Below, piece by piece: positions 54,487 to 64,000 of a stretch of 64,000 bases of DNA (position 1 is the first letter of the stretch; every line of letters starts with the position of its first letter). Made by a program: the position numbers and the translations under genes. The notes below the pieces were generated by a model that did no database searches, was not told the DNA's origin, and worked only from the letters and a program-made list of their open reading frames with translations. The DNA is taken from NCBI GenBank assembly GCA_002633005.1, contig NMRA01000312.1, positions 455,194 to 519,193 on the forward strand, written 5' to 3'. Origin of the DNA: Phoronis australis. Its lineage: Eukaryota > Animalia > Phoronida.

Positions 54487-55539
54487 ATAATACGCAGCCC
54501 AGCGGTGCCAAATTACTTATTGTAAAATCAGAAAGATGCAAAATCAAACTTAAAAAAACTGAGTACCGATTTAATTCCGATGAATTCCGTTTCGCAAATT
54601 ATTTGCGAGATCACGTAAGTGTTCGCAAGCTATAGCCAAACATCGCAAACTATAAACCAAGTGGTCACAATGTCTTTACTGGTTGGTGTTCTCCGAAACG
54701 CGCTCCTAGTGCTAAAATAGTGATCAACAGTTGAAAAACCTCTACATGTTATAGAATGTCACCTTGTATATTTCCCATACCAAGCGAGTGTTACATGATT
54801 GGAGCTCATTGCCATAATTCATATAGTGTTACATGATTGGAGCTCATTGCTATAATACATATAGTGGTACATGATTGGAGCTCAATGCCATAATACATAT
54901 AGTGGTACGTGATTGGAGCTCATTGCCATAATACATTCTGTTACATGATTGGAGCTCATTGTCATAATACATATAGTGATACATGATTGGAGCTCATTGC
55001 CATTATTCACATAGCGGCCATGTCAACTTTTATCTCATACATTAGTATTTTTAACAGAAATTCGAAAGAATTTTGCAACAAACAAAAATGGAGGATCATG
55101 GTATCGATCCTGGTACCTTTCTGATGCAAAGTAAATCTCTTTATTTTAGTCCTAATTGCTTTTGTTAAGCAACAAAGCACCTCATGTTTCTCTTCTTATC
55201 TTCCAAATTAAAATAAGACAGAAAGTACGAGTATTGATCACGATAACTCTTGCGTATGCTACGCGGGGTCCATTTAATAACGTGAGAGTGTCGGTGGAAA
55301 GCAAGACATCGCCGTGTATTTTCAATGACAACATGTGATTTTGACTAAGTGTTTCTCAAACCGAGAATTCGAGATGGGTGTTCAACCATCTGAGCTCATT
55401 CTACATCATCACATGCAATAGAGGATTAGAGAATATACATATCCCGATAGATGTCTCATTCAGGTCGACCGTACTCGCATAATCAGCCCCTTCCTTGTTG
55501 CAGTGTCCACTAAAGGAATAAAAACATAACAGAGCTAAC

Positions 55540-55612
55540 TGGAGAATCCGGGTATCGATTCCGGTACATCTCGCATGCAAAGCGAGCGCTCTACCACTTG
55601 AGCTAATTCCCC
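55540..55612 (-). tRNA. tRNA-Ala(TGC) with G53A mismatch, possibly a pseudogene
   Basis: Full length, but the T stem reads CCGGA/CCCGG, which alters the B box. Confidence 0.6.
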
Positions 55613-57633
55613 AAGTCATGTAGGTATTGTTTACGCCAAATATTTCATATCACACTAGTAACTATAACAATTATAGCAAAACTAGAATTAGATAAGCCGT
55701 TTCATCTCGCATATTAAGCATGAACACTAAAACATGAGCTTAAAATATCCCTGTTAGCAATTATAACTAATTCATTTTCTTTTCCTTGTGATATCAATTA
55801 TAACACATGGCAGAAATAAAATACAAATCGGAGGCAGGTCTCCATCCCGGTACTTTTCACACACAAAGGGATTAGAGGTCTGTTTTTAGATACTTCTCCA
55901 TAGCAACAAAATGTAGTAGCTATTTTAGTTCTAGTTCTTTATCCGATAACCGGCACTATAATAAAACCGAAACAAAAAAGGAAATGAAGGATCAGCGTTC
56001 TAGAGCCCGGTACCTTTCTTATCCGAAGAAACGCTCTGCTTTTTAGTTATAATTGTTTTTTTAAGCAACAAAGCACCTCACGTTTCTCTACCAAAGTAAA
56101 ACGTGACAGTAAATCCGGGTATTGATCCCTATATCTCTTGCGTATGTTAAGCGGAGTCGAGCTCTATAACGGTAGTGTCTCGCTGGGAAAGCAAGATGAC
56201 GCCGTGTATTTTAATGAGAGCATGGGATTTTGGCTAAATGTTTCTCAAAGGGAGAATACCAGCTGGGTGTTTCACCATGTAAGCTCATTCTATATCATAA
56301 CCCGCATAATCTACATATCCCCATACATGTCTCATTCAACTCGACCACACTACTATTAAGCCCCGTGGTTGTTGCAGTGTCCATTATCTGAACAAATTAT
56401 ACAAAAGCTAACTAGAGAATACGAGTATCGACCCCGGTACTTCTCGCATGCAAAGCTAGCAGAAATTCCAAACAATTAACGCAAATCTAGAATTAGACAA
56501 CCTCGCGACTGGTCCTAGCACTTAGTCTGGCATGTTATGCAAGAGCTTTAAAAGTTGAACTTAGATGAACTTGTTGGGTAATATAGCCGTACCATGTTCT
56601 TTATCGTCTGACGTAATTTATAACATCAGCCAGAAAAAACGCACAACACACCTAGGAGAATGCTGATAACGATCCTGTTCTGCCACTTCCATAATTCTTC
56701 ACCTGAGTTAAATTCGCCCTGTTGAGTCTTTATTTTATTTGATGGCGCAAGCTGAGCGAGCGTTCTACCTTTTCGTTAATGCCCAACCTAAGTAAAAATC
56801 GCCACATGAAATTCGTTATCTTATTTATGGCGTAGCTAGAGAAAAACAGATTGGTGTTTCCAGGAAGCGACTTTTTTATAACTTGTATGTAAAACTAGTG
56901 CTACATTTTTTGAGCTAATTGCTATAATGCTGTCGATAAAGGTCAAATCAATTTTATCACCTTAAACAATACGAATATCAACAGCAATTCGAAATTATTA
57001 TACAAAACCAACATTGGAGAATCCCAGTACTTCTTTATATGACCAAAGTACCGCTCTACTTTTTAGGTCTATATTGGTATGTTACGTAGAGTGGCATCAC
57101 GTGCTTCCCTTGCAAAGTGAAATGTAACAGAAAATCCTGGTATTGATCCCGATACTTCTTCCGAATACTGAGTGGGTGTTCTACCGTTTAAGATCATTCC
57201 ACGTGTTACCTGCTAATACCATGTCAAGGGAAACTGTAACCTACAAAGCCTTTGGACAATCTAAATATCCCATACATGTCTCATACAACTTGACCGTTCT
57301 CCCATTTAAGTTCCATGCTCGTTGCGATGTCAAATTAAAGCAAACGTGCAGAATGTAATTGGGAAATCCTGCAGTCGGTTCCGGTACCTCTCAACTAAAC
57401 CGAGTGCTCTCCCGTCGGTGCTAATTCAATCAGAATCTTTGTAATCATACCTGTAACTATAAGAGGAAATCCAAAAAATTATAGCAACGTTAGAATTTTA
57501 AGGCGTAGTTTTTGCTATTAACTCAAGCAAAGAATAAAAGGCTTAGGTTTTTATATTTTTGCTGAATATTTTGAATTCTTTATCTTGTAGCGGAATTTAC
57601 AATATAATGTATTAATGCAGCATCAAAAAACAT

Positions 57634-57706
57634 TGGAGAATCTGGGCATCGATCCCAGTACCTCTCGCATGCAAAGCGAGCGCTCTACCATTTGAGCTAA
57701 TTCCCC
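57634..57706 (-). tRNA. tRNA-Ala(TGC), intact
   Basis: Full cloverleaf; anticodon TGC; T6 terminator. Confidence 0.93.
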
Positions 57707-58684
57707 ATAATACGCAGCCCGGCGGTGCCAAATTACTTATTGTAAAACCAGAAAGATGCAAAATCAAACTTGAAAAAACTGAGTACCGATTTAATTCCGA
57801 TGATTTCCGTTTCGCAAATTATTTGCGAGATCACGTAAATGTTCGCAAGCTATAGCCAAACATCGCAAACTATAAACCAAGTGGTCACAATGTCTTTACT
57901 GGTTGGTGTTCTCCGAAACGCGCTCCCAGTACTAAAATAGTGATCAACCGTTGAAAAACCTCTACATGTTATAGAATGTCACCTTGTATATTTCCCATAC
58001 CAAGCGAGTGTTACATGCTTGGAGCTCATTGCCATAATTCATATAGTGGTACATGATTGGAGCTCATTGCCATAATACATATAGTCATACATGATTGGAG
58101 CTCATTGCCATATTACATATAGTGATACATGATTGGAGCTCATTGCCATAATACACATAGCGGCCATGTCAATTTTTATCTCATACATTAGTATTTATTA
58201 CAGAAATTCGAAAGAATTTTGCAACAAACAAAAATGGAGGATCATGGTATCGATCCTGGTACCTTTCTTATGCGAAGATACTCTCTTTATTTTAGTCCTA
58301 ATTGCTTTTGTTAAGAAACAAAGCACCTCATGTTTCTCTTCTTATCTTCCAAATTAAAATAAGACAAAAAGTACGAGTATTGATCAAGACAACTCTTGCG
58401 TATGCTACGCGGGTTCAGTTTAATAACGTCAGAGTGTCGGTGGAAAGCAAGATATCGCCGTGTATTTTCAATGAGAGCATGTGATTTTGCTAACTCTTTC
58501 TCAAAGCGAGAATTCGAGATGGGTGTTCAACCATCTGAGCTTATTCTACATCATCACCTGCAATAGAGGATTGGAGAATATACATATCCTGATAGATGTC
58601 TCATTCAGGTCGACCGCACTCGCATAATCTGTCCCTTACTTGTTGCAGTGTCCACTAAAGGAACAAAAACATAACAGAGCTAAC

Positions 58685-58757
58685 TGGAGAATCCGGGTAT
58701 CGATTCCGGTACATCACGCATGCAAAGCGAGCGCTCTACCACTTGAGCTAATTCCCC
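58685..58757 (-). pseudogene. tRNA-Ala(TGC) probable pseudogene
   Basis: G53A plus an anticodon-stem mismatch. Confidence 0.7.
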
Positions 58758-60096
58758 AAGTCATATAGGTATTGTTTACGCCAAATATTTCATATCACAC
58801 TAGTAACTATAACAATTATAGCAAAACTAGAATTAGATAAGCCGTTTCATCTCGCATATTAAGCAAGAACACTAAAACATGAGCTTAAAATATCTTTGTT
58901 AGCAATTATAACTAATTCATTTTCTTTTCCTTATGACACAAATTATAACACATGGCACAAATAAAATAAAAATCGGAGGCAGGTCTCCATCCCGGTACTT
59001 TTCACACACAAATGGATTAGAGGTCTGTTTTTAGATAATTTTTCATAGCAACAAAATTCAGTAGCTATTTTAGTTCTAGTTCTTTATCCGATAACCGGCA
59101 CTATAATAAAACCGAAACAAAAAACGAAATGAAGGATCAGCGTTCTAGAGCCCGGTACCTTTCTTACCCAAAGAAACGCTCTGTTTTTAGTTATAATTGT
59201 GTTTTTTAAGCAACATAGCACCTCACGTTTCACTACCAAAGTAAAACGTGACAGTAAATCCGGATATTGATCCCGATATCTCTTGCGTATGTTAAGCGGA
59301 GTCGAGCTCTGTAACGGTAGTGTCTCGCTGGGAAAGCAAGATGTCGCCGTGTATTTTAATGAGAGCATGTGATTTTGGCTAAATGTTTCTCAAAGGGAGA
59401 GTACCAGCTGGATGTTTCACTATGTGAGCTCATTCTATATCATAACCCCCATAATCTACATATCCCCATACATGTCTCATGCAACTCGACCACACTACTA
59501 TTTAAGCCCCGTGGTTGTTGCAGTGTCCAATATCTGAACAAATTATACAAAAGCTAACTAGAGAATACGAGTATCGACCCCGGTACTTCTCGCATGCAAA
59601 GCTAGCAGAAATTCCAAACAATTAACGCATATCTAGAATTAAATAACCTCGCGTTTGGTCCTAGCACTTAGTCTGGCATGTTATGCAAGAGCTTTAAGAG
59701 TTGAACTTAAATGAACTTGTTGCGTAATATAGCCGTACCATGTTCTTTATCGTCTGACGTAATTGATAACATAAGCCAGAAAAAACGCACAACACACCTA
59801 GGAGTATGCTGATAACGATCTTGTTCTACCTCTTCCGTTAATTCTTCACCTGAGTTAAATTTGCCCTGTTGAGTCTTTATTTTATTTGATGGCGCAAGCT
59901 GAGCGAGAGTTCTACCTTTTCGCTAATTCCCAACCTAAGTAAAAAGTGCCACGATAAATTTTTATCTTGTTGATGACGTAATTACGAACACACGTCAGAG
60001 AAAAGAATACAAAAATCAGAGTGAAAAATCGGGCCCGGGGAATAATCTGTCTTGCTATACATTTAGATACAATTGTGGATCAATTCTGTAAAACTT

Positions 60097-60169
60097 TGGA
60101 GAATCCGGGTATCGATCCCGGTACCTCTCGCATGCTAAGCGAGCGCTCTACCATTTGAGCTAATTCCCC
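60097..60169 (-). tRNA. tRNA-Ala(AGC), intact
   Basis: Same body as the 52010 copy. Confidence 0.93.
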
Positions 60170-61012
60170 GTCTTAGCTAAAATCGCCACATGAAATTCGT
60201 TATCCTATGGCGTAGCTAGAGAAAAACAGATTGGGGTTTCCAGGAAGCGACTTTTTTATAACTTGTATGTAAAACTAGTGCTACATTATTTGAGCTAACT
60301 GCTATAATGCTGTCGATAAAGGTCAAATCAATTTTATCACCTTAAACAATACGAATATCAACAGAAATTCGAAATAATTAGACAAAACCAACATTGGAGA
60401 ATCCCAGTACTTCTTTTTATGACCAAAGTACCGCTCTACTTTTTGGGTCTATATTGGTATGTTGCGTAGAGTGGCATCACGTGCTTCCCTTGCAAAGTGA
60501 AATGTAACAGAAAATCCGGGTATTGATCCCGATACTTCTTCCGCATACTGAGTGGGTGTTCTACCGTTTAAGATCATTCCACCTGTTACCTGCTAATACC
60601 ATGTCAAGGGAAACTGTAACCTACAAAAACCTTTGGAGAATCCAAATATCCCATACATGTCTCATACAACTTGACCCTTCTCCCATTTAAGTACCATGCT
60701 CGTTGCGATGTCAAATTAAAGCAAACGTGCAGAATGTAATTGGGAAATCCTGCAGTCGGTCCCGGTACCTCTAAACTAAACCGAGTGCTCTCCCGTCGGT
60801 GCTAATTCCACCAGAATCTTTGTAATCATACCTGTAACTATAACAGAAAATCCAAAAATTATAGCAACGCTAGAATTTTAAGGCGTAGTTTTTGCTATTA
60901 ACACAAGCAAAGAATAAAAGGCTTAGGTTTTATATTTTTGCTCAATATTTTGAATTCTTTATGTTCTAGCGGAATTTACAATATAATGTAATAATGCAGC
61001 ATCAAAAAACAT

Positions 61013-61085
61013 TGGAGAATCTGGGCATCGATCCCAGTACCTCTCGCATGCAAAGCGAGCGCTCTACCATTTGAGCTAATTCCCC
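61013..61085 (-). tRNA. tRNA-Ala(TGC), intact
   Basis: Same body as the 57634 copy. Confidence 0.93.
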
Positions 61086-61386
61086 ATAATACGCAGCCCG
61101 TCGGTGCCAAATTACTTATTGTAAAATCAGAAAGATGCAAAATCAAACTTGAAAAAACTGAGTACCGATTTAATTCCGATGAGTTCCGTTTCGCAAATTA
61201 TTTGCGAGATCATGTAAATGTTTGCAAGCTATAGCCAAACATCGCAAACTATAAACCAAGTGTTCACAATGTCTTTACTGGTTGGTGTTCTCCAAAACGC
61301 GCTCCTAGTGCTAAAATAGTGATCAACCGTTGAAAAACATCTACATGTTGTACAATGTCACCTTGTATATTTCCCATGCCAAGCGA

Positions 61387-61730
61387 GTGTTACATGAATG
61401 GAGCTCATTGCCATAATACATATAGTGTTACATGATTGGGGCTTATTGCCATAATACAAATAGTGGTACATGATTGGAGCTCATTACCCTAATACATATA
61501 GTGATACATGATTGGAGCTCATTGCCATAATACATATAGTGGTACATGATTGGAGCTCCTTGCTATAATACATATAGTGTTACATGATTGGAGCTCATTG
61601 CCATAATACATATAGTGGTACATGATTGGAGCTCATTGCCATAATACATATAGTGTTACATGATTGGAGCTCATTGCCATAATACATATAGTGATACATG
61701 ATTGGAGCTCATTGCCATAATACACACAGC
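61387..61730. repeat. 38-bp VNTR (gtgttacatgattggagctcattgccataatacatata), 9 copies
   Basis: Direct count; homologous blocks at about 50811 (1 copy), 53306 (2), 54788 (6) and 58007 (4). Confidence 0.92.
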
Positions 61731-62255
61731 GGCCATGTAAATTTTTATCTCATACATTAGTATTTTTAACAGAAATTCGAAAGAATTTTGCAACAAACAA
61801 AAAATGGAGGATCATGGTATCGATCCTGGTACCTTTCTTATGCAAAGTAAATCTCTTTATTTTAGTCCTAATTGCTTTTGTTAAGCAATAAAGCACCTCA
61901 TGTTTCTCTTCTTATCTTCCAAATTAAAATAAGACAGATAGTACGAGTATTGATCAAGATAACTCTTGCGTATGCTAGGCGGGGTCAGTTAAATAACGTC
62001 AGAGTGTCGGTGGAAAGCAAGATATCGCCGTGTATTTTCAATGAGACGATGTGATTTTGACTAAGTGTTTCTCAAACCGAGAATTCGAGATGGGTATTCG
62101 ACCATCTGAGCTCATTCTACATCATCACCTGCAATAGAGGATTAGAGAATATACATATCCCGATAGATGTCTCATTCAGGTCGACCGTACTCGCATAATC
62201 AGCCCCTTACTTGTTGCAGTGTCCACTAAAGGAACAAAAACATAGCAGAGCTAAC

Positions 62256-62328
62256 TGGAGAATCCGGGTATTGTTCCCGGTAAATCTCGCATGCAAAGCG
62301 AGCGCTCTACCACTTGAGCTAATTCCCC
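62256..62328 (-). pseudogene. tRNA-Ala(TGC) pseudogene
   Basis: T loop degenerate (AACAATA). Confidence 0.75.
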
Positions 62329-63248
62329 AAGTCATGTGGGTATTGTTTACGCCAAATATTTCATATCACACTAGTAACTATAACAATTATATTAAAACTA
62401 GAATTAGATAAGCCGTTTCATCTCGCATATTAAGTAAGAACACTAAAACATGAGCTTAAAATATCCCTGTTAGCAATTATAACTAATTCATTTTCTTTTC
62501 CTTGTGACATCAATTATAACACATGGCACCAATAAAATACAAATCGGAGGCAGGTCTCCATCCCGGTACTTTTCACACACAAATGGATTAGAGTTCTCTT
62601 TTTAGATACTTCCCCATAGCAACAAAATGTAGTAGCTATTTTAGTTCTAGTTCTTTATCCTATAACCGGCACTATATTAAAACCGAAACAAAAAAGGAAA
62701 TGAAGGATCAGCGTTCTAGAGCCCGGTACCTTTCTTAACCAAAGAAACGCTCTGCTTTTTAGTTATAATTGTGTTTTTTAAGGAACATAGCACCTCACGT
62801 TTCACTACCAAAGTAAAACGTGACAGTAAATCCGGATATTGATCCCGATATCTCTTGCGTATGTTAAGCGGAGTCGTGCTCTGTAACGATAGAGTCTCGC
62901 TGGGAAAGCAAGATGTCGCCGTGTATTTTAATGAGAGCATGTGATTTTGGCTAAATGTTTCTCAAAGGGAGAATAGCAGCTGGGTGTTTCACCATGTGAG
63001 CTCATTCTATATCATAACCCGCATAATCTACATATCCCCATACATGTCTCATGCAACTCGACCACACTACTATTTAAGCCCCGTGGTTGTTGCAGTGTCC
63101 AATATCTGAACAAATTATACAAAAGCTAACTAGAGAATACAAGCAAGGAGTGTACGAGTATAGGAGAGTTCACTCCGCCATTTTACCATTCGCCGCAATG
63201 GTTACCGGTCGAAACACTAGCGCTCCAAGCGGCGAATAATCAATTGTC

Positions 63249-63348
63249 AACTCTATCGATAGACTTATTAACTCTATCAATAAACCTAATTACTCTATCG
63301 ATAGAGCTAAAAGTCTATCAATAGAATTAATAGTCTATCGATAGAGTT
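63249..63348. repeat. Palindromic block of five ctctatcgatagag-like sites with a 20-21 bp period
   Basis: Sites at 63251, 63272, 63293, 63313 and 63333; the block ends are inverted repeats of each other. Confidence 0.85.
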
Positions 63349-64000
63349 AGCAACGGAGGAAAAAGTTGCCGTTTTGTTCTTTTACAGCCACCGTATTATA
63401 ATGACAATGCGCTTGCACCAATTGATTTTTGGACTGATTTAACTACTGCAGCACCCCCTACTGGCCCTTAGAAACATATCTTTTTGGATGCACCATGGAC
63501 CCATTTCAATGCCCCAACGCTGCCCTTGTCGACGGAATGCACTCCTATGACTTCGCACTGCCGCGGACTGCTATGGGAATGTCCGTGACTACGTAAGGAA
63601 CGAACATTTGAATCGAAGATTTATGACCGAATGACAAGCTAACCAAAAACGTAGCTACACGTACACCTGATGTTTTGAAGACAAATTTCTACAAATCATA
63701 AATTTGCGCATCCCTTCCCGTTTGACTATACAGATTCCACTCAAGTATTGGAGGCGAAAATCTCAGTGGGTTTGAAGATGGAAGTCATAGCCAGAGCCTA
63801 AGTCTCTACTAACGGAACATTTAGAGGTCAACCTGAAAAGAACACAGTTTGCCTGTGGTTAAATACGCTTCTTGAGGCATGCCCTTTTGTTAAGGACAAA
63901 ATTTATCAAGTAACTCCATACCAACTAGTTATTTACAGATACGTTTCACCCCAAATGTAATCACATCACGTGACTGCAAAATTGCTAGTTCCACGTGATT

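Larger units (their letters stand above)
49620..63140 (-). repeat. Higher-order tandem array of tRNA-Ala genes and relics (units about 2.5-3.6 kb)
   Basis: Homologous slots recur at 50437/52932/57634/61013, 52010/54414/60097 and 55540/58685/62256 with near-identical flanks. Repeated ORF-track peptides confirm the duplication. Confidence 0.93.

Noticed and set aside
61387-61730. 38-bp repeats as a CRISPR-like array
   Set aside because: No spacers; explained as a tRNA-derived VNTR.
49974-62940. Recurrent 60-95 aa ORFs in the array as a protein family
   Set aside because: They cross tRNA relics, have inconsistent stops and frameshifts between units, and mostly non-ATG starts.

Overview
AT-rich genomic DNA from a multicellular animal, probably an invertebrate (inferred from spliceosomal introns, eukaryotic tRNAs and repeat types; species not determinable). 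The main feature is a + strand, intron-rich ADAMTS metalloprotease gene of the ADAMTS2/3/14 (procollagen N-proteinase) type. I rebuilt 17 phase-consistent GT-AG exons (13873-46596, about 810 codons): prodomain, furin site, HETGHVLGMEHD catalytic domain, disintegrin-like, TSR1, Cys-rich, spacer and the start of TSR2. The signal-peptide exon and 3' exons were not found. The introns carry antisense tRNA genes: two tRNA-Leu(CAG) plus three relics, and from about 46.9 to 63.1 kb a tRNA-Ala array with 2.5-3.6 kb higher-order units. That array holds AGC, CGC and TGC isoacceptors, many decayed tRNA-Ala monomers and a 38-bp tRNA-derived VNTR. Also present are a decayed ISL2EU-like transposon (THAP + YqaJ relics), a Kolobok-like element with a P2X7-C-terminal-like relic, an RNase H-bearing LINE relic, a ~925-bp foldback element, satellites, and two duplications beside single-N gaps that are probably assembly artefacts. 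Most ORFs in the supplied track are spurious. All calls are by eye, without database searches.
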